From assembly GCA_037440365.1 (NCBI GenBank), contig JBBIUF010000019.1, positions 1-32,000 on the forward strand: a stretch of 32,000 nt of DNA, in the 5' to 3' direction. Each line of letters begins with the position of its first letter. Position 1 is the stretch's first letter. The notes beneath the pieces were generated by a model. The model was not told where the DNA came from. It made no database searches and saw only the letters and a list, made by a program, of their open reading frames with translations. Origin of the DNA: Chloroflexota bacterium. Lineage in GTDB: Bacteria > Chloroflexota > Anaerolineae > UBA4142. The position numbers and the translations under genes are program-made. Of the stretch, positions 17,554 to 25,440 are shown piece by piece.

Positions 17554-18444
17554 ATGATGTTTGGATCCGATATTCTCGACGTAGCCATTGGTATGATCTT
17601 TGTATTCTTTACCGTCAGTCTGGTTTGCACGGCGATTGGCAATAAGGTTTCCGATTTTCTCAACTGGCGTTCCCAAAACCTTGAAAACGGCATTCGCACT
17701 TTGATTATGAGCGGCGACAGCAAAATGGTCGAGCAACTCTACGCGAGTTCCCTGGTCAAATCAATTGTGCCCGACGGCAAGAAACCCATTTGGATTCCGG
17801 ACAAGACGCTGATGCTCGCGGTGTTTGACACCTTTGTGCCAGGCGCAGCGGGGTTGACCAAGATTGACGAATTGCGCGATGCGATCAAGCAAATGAACGA
17901 CAGCTCGCCGCTCAAGGGCAAATTGCTCGCGCTTGTCACTGCCGCGGGTGATAACGTCGACGGTTTGTACAAGAATTTCGCGCAATGGTACGATTCAGTT
18001 GAAGCTCAAATGACGGCCGTGTATAAGCAAAAAATGTGGCTCTTTTCCATGGGCGTGGGCGTCGTCGTGAGCATCGTCTTGAATGTGGATACCATTGCGG
18101 TGGGTCAAAGTTTGTGGCGCGATTCGGCGGTGCGCGCGCAAGTAGTTTCCGCCGCTAATCAATATACCGTGCAGGCCGTCCAAAGCGTAAACGCCCAAGC
18201 CGCGCAAGAGAATACACAAAAAGCCATCCAGACCTTGAATCGGCTCAACCTGCCCATTGGCTGGAATGTCACCGTCAAACCCGCCATGTCTATCGCGCCA
18301 ACCGATTTCGTAGCCGCCACCGTTCCGATCGGCGGTCTCGCCTGGTTACTCAAACTTGCAGGATGGTTGGTTACCGGCGCGGCGGGCGCGCTGGGTGCAC
18401 CGTTCTGGTTCGACATTTTGAAAAAAGTGACCAATCGCGGATAA
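17554..18444 (+). CDS. Conserved-looking membrane protein of unknown function
   Basis: 296 aa; N-terminal TM VAIGMIFVFFTVSLVCTAIGNKVSDFL, internal TM MWLFSMGVGVVVSIVLNVDTIAVG, C-terminal TM plus GAPFWFDILKKV. Confidence 0.7.
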   Translation: MMFGSDILDVAIGMIFVFFTVSLVCTAIGNKVSDFLNWRSQNLENGIRTLIMSGDSKMVEQLYASSLVKSIVPDGKKPIWIPDKTLMLAVFDTFVPGAAGLTKIDELRDAIKQMNDSSPLKGKLLALVTAAGDNVDGLYKNFAQWYDSVEAQMTAVYKQKMWLFSMGVGVVVSIVLNVDTIAVGQSLWRDSAVRAQVVSAANQYTVQAVQSVNAQAAQENTQKAIQTLNRLNLPIGWNVTVKPAMSIAPTDFVAATVPIGGLAWLLKLAGWLVTGAAGALGAPFWFDILKKVTNRG

Positions 18445-18450
18445 CCTCGA

Positions 18451-18483
18451 ACGCCTTGCAGAAAAATCTGCAAGGCGTTTTTT
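18451..18483 (+). terminator. Rho-independent terminator
   Basis: ACGCCTTGCAGA-AAAA-TCTGCAAGGCGT followed by TTTTT; 7 nt after the preceding stop codon. Confidence 0.93.
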
Positions 18484-18494
18484 GATACGGCGCA

Positions 18495-18680
18495 TTGGTT
18501 CAGAGGATGTGCGTCAAACTTTTGGGCGTTGCCCGCCGCCGATTAGAAATATTCGGCGTCTCAATAAAGTGGAAACTCGATAAGTTTGTAACAACGGTTT
18601 CCAATTGATTTTCACCTCGCTGAGCCACCGAATACATTCGGTGGCGTTCATCCAAAAACGTGACGCACACCTCGGTTCAA
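18495..18680. repeat. 186-bp inverted-repeat-bounded, multi-hairpin segment upstream of the AOR gene (MITE-like or structured leader)
   Basis: Imperfect inverted ends TTGGTTCAGAGGATGTGCGTCAAACTTTTGG ... CCAAAAACGTGACGCACACCTCGGTTCAA; internal stems CGCCGA/TCGGCG, TGGAAAC/GTTTCCA, GCCACCGAA-TACA-TTCGGTGGC. Confidence 0.6.
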
Positions 18681-18833
18681 ATTCAAGGTTGACAGCAAGT
18701 AGAGGTTACGTTAAAATACCGTAAGAAATTCTCCGCGCGATATTTCATTTCGATGCAACTTGCCGGAGTTGCTTGGAATGACGAACGGTTCCAACGCAGT
18801 TGTTAGGCAAAAACAATTTCCTAGGAGGGAAAC

Positions 18834-20645
18834 ATGAACGGATTTGCCAATCGGGTTGCCCATGTCGATTTATCGACAGGGAAAGTTGCGTACGAGCCAA
18901 TCCCAGAAGAATGGGCGCGCAAGTATATTGGCGCGCGCGGGCTCGGCGTCAAGTACGTGTTTGAGAACGGACCCCAGGTTGATCCCCTTAGCCCCGAAAA
19001 CATCCTCTGCTTTATGAACGGTCCGCTGACTGGCTCGGAAGCCAACATGAGCGGGCGCATGGCAATTGTGACCAAGTCACCTTTGACTGGCACCGTCACC
19101 GATAGTCATCATGGCGGTTGGTCGGCGGCGCGCTTGCGCTGGGCTGGATTGGATGGTTTGATCTTCAAGGGCAAGTCGGCTAAACCGGTTTATGCCTATG
19201 TGCATGATAACACGGTCGAGTTGCTCGATGCATCTGAACTTTGGGGCAAGGGTGTCCACGCCACAGTCAAATTTTTCCAAGCCAAGTACGGCGAAAAAGA
19301 TTTGAGCGTGATCGCCATCGGCCCTGCCGGTGAAAACCTGGTGCGCTATGGCGCATGGGTCAACGAAAACGATCGCGCGAGCGGTCGCGGCGGCACGGGT
19401 TGCGTAGGCGGCAGTAAAATGCTCAAAGCCGTCGTCATCAAATCCGAACGCAGAATTCCACGCGCGGCGGATCGTGAAAAATGGGACGCGGCGCATAAAC
19501 GCGCGCTCGCAACCATCATGGACGAAAAGAACATTACCAGCCCACGCAAAGGCGGCTTGTCGGTCTATGGCACGAACGTATTGACGAACATCACAAGCAA
19601 CATGGGCGCATATCCAGTCCGCAACGGTCAGTCCACCTCGTTTGGCGATCGCGCCGAATTTCTGAGCGGCGAGTACGTCAAAGCGAACATCCTGGTCAAC
19701 GATCCCACGTGCCATGCTTGCCCGGTCGCGTGCAAAAAAGAAGTTGAGATTAAAGATGGTCCATTCAAAGGCCTGCGCATGGAAAGCATCGAGTACGAAC
19801 CCGCGTGGTGCCTCGGCGGCAACTGCGGCAACGATAACATTGCCGCGGTCGCCAAGATGATCGATCAAGCCAACGACTATGGCATGGACGCCATCGAAAT
19901 CGGCGATGTGCTGGCAACCTTCATGGAAGCCACCCAGCGCGGCTATGTCAAAGACGACGCCGGCTTGCAATGGGGCGATTACATGAGCATGGTTGCCACC
20001 GTGGATCAAGTCGCGTTCCGCAAGGGCATCGGCGATGTGCTGGCAAACGGCGTGGATGCAACGGCAGACCATTACGGTCATCACGAACTTGCGATGAGCG
20101 TCAAGGGTCAAGGCATCCCGGCATACGATCCGCGCGGCATCAAAGGCATGGGCATTGCGTATGCCACCAGCAACCGCGGCGCCTGTCACCTCCGCGCCTA
20201 CACGCCCGCCGTCGAGCTTTCGCTTATTTCGCTCACCGCCGATCCGCTCCTGTGGAAAGGCAAAGGCGAACTGACGAAACTATTGCAAGACCTGCACGCA
20301 TTCTCTGATAGTCTCGACCTGTGCAAATTTAGCGCGTTCGCCGAAGGCGGCGATGAGTACGCGCAACAGTATGCCGCAACGATGGGCGTCGAGTATACCG
20401 CGAACGATGTGCTGAAAGCCGGCGAGCGCATCTACAATCTCGAACGCTACTACAACAACCTGGCTGGTTTCCGCGAAGGCAGTGATTACCTGCCCAAGCG
20501 TTTCACGGACGAACCCTCAACCGAAAAAGGTTCCAAGGGTCACGTCTCGGAATTGCCGCAAATGCTGGACGAGTATTACACGGCACGCGGCTGGGTCAAT
20601 GGCGTGGTGCCGGAAGCCAAGTTGAAGGAACTGGAAATTTTGTAA
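18834..20645 (+). CDS. Aldehyde:ferredoxin oxidoreductase family tungstopterin enzyme
   Basis: GARGLGVKYVFENG; GPLTGSEANMSGRMAIVTKSPLTGTVTDSHHGG; 4Fe-4S motif DPTCHACPVACKK ... DLCKF; EYEPAWCLGGNCGNDNI; IKGMGIAYATSNRGACHLRAY. Confidence 0.97.
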   Translation: MNGFANRVAHVDLSTGKVAYEPIPEEWARKYIGARGLGVKYVFENGPQVDPLSPENILCFMNGPLTGSEANMSGRMAIVTKSPLTGTVTDSHHGGWSAARLRWAGLDGLIFKGKSAKPVYAYVHDNTVELLDASELWGKGVHATVKFFQAKYGEKDLSVIAIGPAGENLVRYGAWVNENDRASGRGGTGCVGGSKMLKAVVIKSERRIPRAADREKWDAAHKRALATIMDEKNITSPRKGGLSVYGTNVLTNITSNMGAYPVRNGQSTSFGDRAEFLSGEYVKANILVNDPTCHACPVACKKEVEIKDGPFKGLRMESIEYEPAWCLGGNCGNDNIAAVAKMIDQANDYGMDAIEIGDVLATFMEATQRGYVKDDAGLQWGDYMSMVATVDQVAFRKGIGDVLANGVDATADHYGHHELAMSVKGQGIPAYDPRGIKGMGIAYATSNRGACHLRAYTPAVELSLISLTADPLLWKGKGELTKLLQDLHAFSDSLDLCKFSAFAEGGDEYAQQYAATMGVEYTANDVLKAGERIYNLERYYNNLAGFREGSDYLPKRFTDEPSTEKGSKGHVSELPQMLDEYYTARGWVNGVVPEAKLKELEIL

Positions 20646-20681
20646 GCCGGGCAAGAGTGTGTCTGCATAATTGTACAAAAA

Positions 20682-20711
20682 TTCGGGGCGACTGAAAACA
20701 GTCGCCCCGAA
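20682..20711. terminator. Strong hairpin between convergent genes, likely terminator (best U-run on the minus strand)
   Basis: TTCGGGGCGACTG-AAAA-CAGTCGCCCCGAA, 13-bp perfect stem; minus-strand reading is followed by TTTT. Confidence 0.75.
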
Positions 20712-20725
20712 CTATTTCAAATTGT

Positions 20726-20965
20726 TCATCCCCCGGCGCGAATTGTTTTCAATTCAAACGCCGCCAACATAATCGGAAGCGTTTTCTCATCGCCCTCAAA
20801 ATCTACGTGAATTGTGCCGATACGGAGCGAGCCCACCGGCAAAAATTCGCCGTCACGGATCGTCGCCGACCAATCCGCGCCGCGCACCACATAATCTTCG
20901 GTCACGCCGCCGCCGACTTCGATCAAATAATCACGCGCAAGCCACATGGGAATACCGCGATACAT
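20726..20965 (-). CDS. 79-aa MoaD-associated small protein, resembling the C-terminal domain of MoaD-related proteins
   Basis: MYRGIPMWLARDYLIEVGGGVTEDYVVRGADWSATIRDGEFLPVGSLRIGTIHVDFEGDEKTLPIMLAAFELKTIRAGG; starts 4 nt after the moaD-like stop. The longer track ORF start is inside the upstream gene. Confidence 0.75.
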   Translation of the reverse strand: MYRGIPMWLARDYLIEVGGGVTEDYVVRGADWSATIRDGEFLPVGSLRIGTIHVDFEGDEKTLPIMLAAFELKTIRAGG

Positions 20966-20969
20966 TCGC

Positions 20970-21257
20970 TCAATTCGCACAGCCACCTCCAACAGGCGGA
21001 AAAATATCCAGCGCGTCTTGTTCCGTGATCGGCGTGTCGAGTCCTTGCGGCAGGTATTCCGATTGTCGTCCGTTGACAAAGACGTGAATATAATCGGTTA
21101 ATTGCCCTGCCGCATCCCATACTTTTTCCGCCAACTTGGGACGAATATCCGTGACCGCTTTTAACGCCGTTCGCGCGGTCACCGGCGTCGCGGGATCAAC
21201 CACAACCGTTTTCCCGCCTGCCAATTCGCGCAATGTCGCATAAAAATTCACCCGCAT
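20970..21257 (-). CDS. MoaD/ThiS-like beta-grasp sulfur carrier protein with tail beyond diglycine
   Basis: MRVNFYATLRELAGGKTVVVDPATPV...YIHVFVNGRQSEYLPQGLDTPITEQDALDIFPPVGGGCAN; AGGGAG RBS upstream of ATG at 21257. Confidence 0.9.
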   Translation of the reverse strand: MRVNFYATLRELAGGKTVVVDPATPVTARTALKAVTDIRPKLAEKVWDAAGQLTDYIHVFVNGRQSEYLPQGLDTPITEQDALDIFPPVGGGCAN

Positions 21258-21364
21258 AAAAGCTCCCTTGTGATAATAGTCATAGCCGAAACCGACCCAT
21301 CCGTTTATACTACGAACCAGGTAAATCGCAAAGGTTGCGACAATCAACGAATGACAGGTGCACT

Positions 21365-22282
21365 ATGATTATAACACAAGCCGATCCAAAGCTACAACCA
21401 CTCGTCGTGCCAATGCTTGAAGTGAGCGGACTGATGCCAACACCCGGCGATGAATGGACGCGCTTGCGCCGCTTTGTCGGTTTTGATCACGCTGACGAGA
21501 TGGCAATGGTGCAAACGATCGAGCCGCTGTTCGCGCGCGGACTAGATATCGTCACAGCGAATTACGATTACTTGCAACGGGTGCCAGAGACCGCGGCGAT
21601 CCTGGGTTGGGAAAATGGCGCAGACCCAACACATCTCGCCGAGCGCCGCCGCTTTTTAACCGTGTGGCTTGCGCGCACCTTCGGGCTCGACCTGGGTACA
21701 GACTTTGCCGAGTATTTATTTTATGCGGGCAAAGCACACGCCGCGCACGGACCGCGTCACATTCACACGCCAGAAACCTGGATCACGGGCGGCATTAGTT
21801 TGACGCAGACCACCTTCGCGCGCATCATTGCCGAAAACGTGCGTGATGCCGCGCTTGCCGCGAATGCGATTGCCGGATGGAACAAGTATCTAATGATCCA
21901 ACTCGATCTGATGCTGATGGGCTATCGCGCCGCGCGCGCGCTTGACGACGGAACCCTGCCGGTGCCGGTGGCATTCTTTGGACGCTTACGCGACAAAGCC
22001 AATACCTCCGCACTCGTCGCACACGCCAATCCCGATGCCACCGTTAGCGAGGTGTTGCGCAAATTGCTCAACTATTTTCCCGCCGTGCGCAATGAAGCGA
22101 TGGAAATTGTGTGGCGTGAAAACGCTGAACCCGATTCACTGTGGTCGCACGTGGAACCCGTCTATACGCCCAAACCCGCATGGCGTTTGCTTTTGAATGG
22201 CAAAGACTTGCGGTATCACGGTGGATTTGATGTACGCTTGAGCGCCAACGATCAACTCGATTTTTTTCCGCCCGGACGCTAA
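21365..22282 (+). CDS. Protoglobin-like (globin-coupled-sensor-like) domain fused to C-terminal MoaD/ThiS-like beta-grasp domain
   Basis: N-terminal part LRRFVGFDHADEMAMVQTIEPLFARGLDIVTANYDYLQRVPETAAIL ... RRRFLTVWLARTFGLDLGTDFAEYLFYAGKAHAAHGPRHIHTPETWITGGISL; C-terminal VPVAFFGRLRDKANTSALVAHANPDATVSEVLRKLLNYFP...WRLLLNGKDLRYHGGFDVRLSANDQLDFFPPGR. Confidence 0.75.
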   Translation: MIITQADPKLQPLVVPMLEVSGLMPTPGDEWTRLRRFVGFDHADEMAMVQTIEPLFARGLDIVTANYDYLQRVPETAAILGWENGADPTHLAERRRFLTVWLARTFGLDLGTDFAEYLFYAGKAHAAHGPRHIHTPETWITGGISLTQTTFARIIAENVRDAALAANAIAGWNKYLMIQLDLMLMGYRAARALDDGTLPVPVAFFGRLRDKANTSALVAHANPDATVSEVLRKLLNYFPAVRNEAMEIVWRENAEPDSLWSHVEPVYTPKPAWRLLLNGKDLRYHGGFDVRLSANDQLDFFPPGR

Positions 22283-22304
22283 CTTGACACACGCCAATTT
22301 TATC

Positions 22305-22341
22305 ACGGCGCGTTTGCCTTGTCGCAAACGCGCCGTTTTTT
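22305..22341 (+). terminator. Rho-independent terminator
   Basis: ACGGCGCGTTTGC-CTTGTC-GCAAACGCGCCGT followed by TTTTT. Confidence 0.92.
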
Positions 22342-22401
22342 CGTTTTTCAATCGAATCGTTTTGATGTATAATGCGCTCGTTCTCACCGAGGAGGATCAC
22401 G

Positions 22402-22824
22402 ATGGCGGAACGACCGATTCGCGTGTTGATTGCAAAACCAGGTTTGGACGGCCACGATCGCGGCGCCAAGGTTGTCGCACGCGCATTGCGCGACGCGGGC
22501 ATGGAAGTCATTTATACCGGCATTCGGCAAACGCCGGAAATGATCGCCGAAGCCGCACTGCAAGAAGACGTGGATGTCGTCGGGCTGTCGATCTTGTCCG
22601 GCGCGCACCTTGATCTCTTCCCGCGCATTGTTGCGCAACTCAAACAAAAACAATTGGATGATGTTCTGCTCGTCTGCGGCGGCATCATCCCCGATGAAGA
22701 TATCCCGTCGCTCAAACAGATGGGCTTTGCAGGCGCATTCGGTCCCGGCACATCCACGCAAGACTTGGCGCAGTTCATTCAAACTGAAATTGGCAAACGC
22801 CGCGCCGGAGCAGTCGCCGCGTGA
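22402..22824 (+). CDS. Methylmalonyl-CoA mutase cobalamin-binding (C-terminal/small) subunit
   Basis: [45 protein letters not shown] (DxHxxG), [22 protein letters not shown]; GGAGG RBS. Confidence 0.95.
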   Translation: MAERPIRVLIAKPGLDGHDRGAKVVARALRDAGMEVIYTGIRQTPEMIAEAALQEDVDVVGLSILSGAHLDLFPRIVAQLKQKQLDDVLLVCGGIIPDEDIPSLKQMGFAGAFGPGTSTQDLAQFIQTEIGKRRAGAVAA

Positions 22825-23759
22825 AAGTAGAATTGATCGAAGCGATCCGCGCCGGCCATCCTCGCGCCGTTGCGCGCGCCATCAGCGCGGTTGAACGCGG
22901 CGGCGCGGAAGCACGCGAGGTCATCGCCGGTATTTTTCGCTATACCGGACGCGCACACATTATCGGGGTGACGGGTGCGCCCGGCACCGGCAAAAGCACG
23001 CTCGTCAACGAACTAGCCAAGCACTATCGCCGACGCGGAAATCGCGTCGGTATTGTTGCCATCGACCCAACCAGCCCATTCAGCGGCGGCGCAATTCTCG
23101 GCGACCGCGTGCGAATGCAAGATTTGTCCGGCGATGCGGGGGTCTTTATTCGTTCGATGGCGACGCGCGGCAACTTGGGCGGGCTCGCGTCGGCAACTGC
23201 CGATACCGTCCAAGTGTTGGATGCCGCCGGATTTGAAATTGTTCTCGTCGAAACGGTTGGCGCGGGACAAAACGAAGTAGACGTTGCAAAGAACGCACAC
23301 ACCACGCTCGTCGTCGAAGCGCCGGGCATGGGCGACGACATTCAAGCGATCAAAGCCGGGATTCTCGAAATTGCCGATGTGCTGGTGGTGAACAAAGCCG
23401 ATCATGCCCAAGTCAGCGCAACCGTCGCCGCGCTCGAAATGAATTTAAACTTAAAGCCGCGCGTGGAAAATGATTGGCGCCCGCCTGTGCTGAAAACTGT
23501 TGCGCTCAATGGCGAAGGCATTGCAGATGTAGCAGACTGGATTGACAAGCATCGCGCTTTTTTACACGCGCATGATTTGCTCGTGACGCGCAACCAAGCG
23601 CGCATGCGCGCTGAACTGGAGCGCGTCGTTCAGCGTGAATTGATGCGGCGGTTGAGATATGGCGTCAACGGCGTGAACGTTGAAACACTTGTTGCACAAA
23701 TTGCCGCGCGCGAATTAGATGTATATACCGCGGCGGAACAGCTAATTGGATCGGAATAA
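22821..23759 (+). CDS. meaB: Methylmalonyl-CoA mutase-associated GTPase MeaB/ArgK
   Basis: [54 protein letters not shown]; [52 protein letters not shown]. Confidence 0.97.
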   Translation: MKVELIEAIRAGHPRAVARAISAVERGGAEAREVIAGIFRYTGRAHIIGVTGAPGTGKSTLVNELAKHYRRRGNRVGIVAIDPTSPFSGGAILGDRVRMQDLSGDAGVFIRSMATRGNLGGLASATADTVQVLDAAGFEIVLVETVGAGQNEVDVAKNAHTTLVVEAPGMGDDIQAIKAGILEIADVLVVNKADHAQVSATVAALEMNLNLKPRVENDWRPPVLKTVALNGEGIADVADWIDKHRAFLHAHDLLVTRNQARMRAELERVVQRELMRRLRYGVNGVNVETLVAQIAARELDVYTAAEQLIGSE

Positions 23760-23765
23760 TTCTCA

Positions 23766-24395
23766 ATGCACCTGCTTTTGATTCGCCACGGCGAAACCGA
23801 TTGGAATATTGACGGACGCTTGCAAGGTCACACGGACATTGCGCTGAACGCCACCGGCATCACGCAAGCCGAAAACCTTGCCACACGGATGGCGCTGGAA
23901 GAAAAAATTGATGCGTTGTACACGAGTCCGCTTGCCCGCGCGCGCGTCACTGCCGAGATCGTCGCGCGGCACACCCGCACGACCGCGCAATGCGACGACC
24001 GCTTGAAAGAAAAACGGCTGGGCGATTTGGAAGGGCTGACGCGCGCTGATTTTCAGCAACGCTATCCCGAACTTTATACCGCGTGGCACACGAGCCAGGT
24101 ACACTATCCGCTCCCCGGCGAAGAAACGCCAATCGAATTGCAGACGCGCATTCAAACCTTTCTCGCGGACGTGCGCGCACAAAACGCACACGCAAATCGC
24201 ATCGTCATTGTCTCGCACGGCGGCACCATCGGCATGATGCTCGCCACACTGATCGGACTCGACATTGATCGCCGCTCGCCGTTCTGGTTCGACAACGCCT
24301 CGGTCAGCCGCGTGGATTTGAGCAACGCGCGCCCGCGCATTCGTTTCTTAAACGATACCTGTCACCTGCGAAATGGAAGTTCAAATGAGCAATGA
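23766..24395 (+). CDS. Histidine phosphatase family protein (phosphoglycerate mutase-like)
   Basis: LLLIRHGETDWNIDGRLQGHTDIALNATGITQAENLA; GLTRADFQQRYPELY; VIVSHGGTIGMML. Confidence 0.95.
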   Translation: MHLLLIRHGETDWNIDGRLQGHTDIALNATGITQAENLATRMALEEKIDALYTSPLARARVTAEIVARHTRTTAQCDDRLKEKRLGDLEGLTRADFQQRYPELYTAWHTSQVHYPLPGEETPIELQTRIQTFLADVRAQNAHANRIVIVSHGGTIGMMLATLIGLDIDRRSPFWFDNASVSRVDLSNARPRIRFLNDTCHLRNGSSNEQ

Positions 24396-25431
24396 ACCAC
24401 CCAACCCAGTCGATAAAATTTTGCACGATGCCGATGTCGCCACCGCCGCGGAGGACTGGGATGCGGTGATCGCGTTATATCGGCAAGCGCTCGCGTTTGA
24501 TCGCGCCCTGCAAGGCGCAGAAGCCAAATTACAGTGGGCGCTCCGCATGAAAGAGATTGATACCAACTATCAGCAAGGCAAAGCGCACCTGGCGGCGCAA
24601 CACTACCCTGAGGCACTTGGCGCGCTCCGCAAAGCGCGTCTAATGTATGCCAGTCATTACAAAGATACCGATGCTTTAATCGTGGAGGCACAAACCGCAA
24701 TGCAAAAAGAAAATTGGCAAGCGCGATCACAAACGGTCGCAAGTAAAAAAGGTTGCTTTCTCACCGGCACACTTGCGCTGATCGCCGTGCTGGCGATCGC
24801 GTTGTTGAGCGCGTGCGCCGCGCCGTCAACGCCCGCGCCCGCGGCAACCATCGCCGTGCCAACCGCTGGCGCGAGGCCAACGGTGAACGCGCCGGCGTCA
24901 GCCAACCCTGCTGGCACGGCAGACAAAATTCCACCCCAACAAAGGAGTGACATGTACAAATCCGCACCACCGATGACGATTGACGTGAACAAAACCTACA
25001 ACGCTACCATCACTACGGCGAAAGGCGTCATCGTCGCCGAGTTGTACCCCAAAGACGCGCCGCAACACGTGAACAATTTTGTGTTTCTCGCGCGCGATGG
25101 TTTCTTTAACAACCTGACTTTTCATCGCGTCGTCGCCGGTTTTGTGATCCAGGGCGGCGATCCGCGTGGCGATGGTACCGGTGGACCGGGGTACAACATT
25201 CCACCGGAAATCAAGGGCAAGCACACCAAGGGCGCACTCGCGATGGCGCGGCAAGGTGGACCCGCACAAACCACGCCGAGTAGTGGCAGTCAATTCTACA
25301 TCACGCTCGAAGCGCAACCGAGCTTGGACGGACAGTACACCGTGTTTGGTCAGGTCACGCAAGGCATGGATGTCGTCGGCAAAATTGCCGTTGGCGATAA
25401 AATCCAATCGGTTACCATCGAAGAAAAATAG
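24385..25431 (+). CDS. TPR-like N-terminus, TM segment and C-terminal cyclophilin-type peptidyl-prolyl isomerase
   Basis: TPR-like YRQALAFDRALQGAEAKLQ...LGALRKARLMY; TM FLTGTLALIAVLAIALLSA; cyclophilin ELYPKDAPQHVNNFVFLARDGFFNNLTFHRVVAGFVIQGGDPRGDGTGGPGY ... GSQFYITLEAQPSLDGQYTVFGQVTQGMDVV. Confidence 0.93.
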   Translation: MSNEPPNPVDKILHDADVATAAEDWDAVIALYRQALAFDRALQGAEAKLQWALRMKEIDTNYQQGKAHLAAQHYPEALGALRKARLMYASHYKDTDALIVEAQTAMQKENWQARSQTVASKKGCFLTGTLALIAVLAIALLSACAAPSTPAPAATIAVPTAGARPTVNAPASANPAGTADKIPPQQRSDMYKSAPPMTIDVNKTYNATITTAKGVIVAELYPKDAPQHVNNFVFLARDGFFNNLTFHRVVAGFVIQGGDPRGDGTGGPGYNIPPEIKGKHTKGALAMARQGGPAQTTPSSGSQFYITLEAQPSLDGQYTVFGQVTQGMDVVGKIAVGDKIQSVTIEEK

Positions 25432-25440
25432 AACAACCGC

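Noticed and set aside
19077-20189. 370-aa minus-strand ORF
   Set aside because: Antisense to the AOR gene with intact cluster ligands; no recognisable domain.
20965-21079. N-terminal extension of the 117-aa minus-strand ORF (20726..21079)
   Set aside because: The extra 38 residues overlap the MoaD-like coding region out of frame; the ATG at 20965 gives a compact domain-like protein directly after the MoaD stop.
21258-21347. N-terminal extension of the MoaD-like ORF (MIVATFAIYLVRSINGWVGFGYDYYHKGAF...)
   Set aside because: The ATG at 21257 has a good AGGGAG ribosome-binding site and starts precisely at the beta-grasp fold; the upstream part lies in the divergent promoter region.
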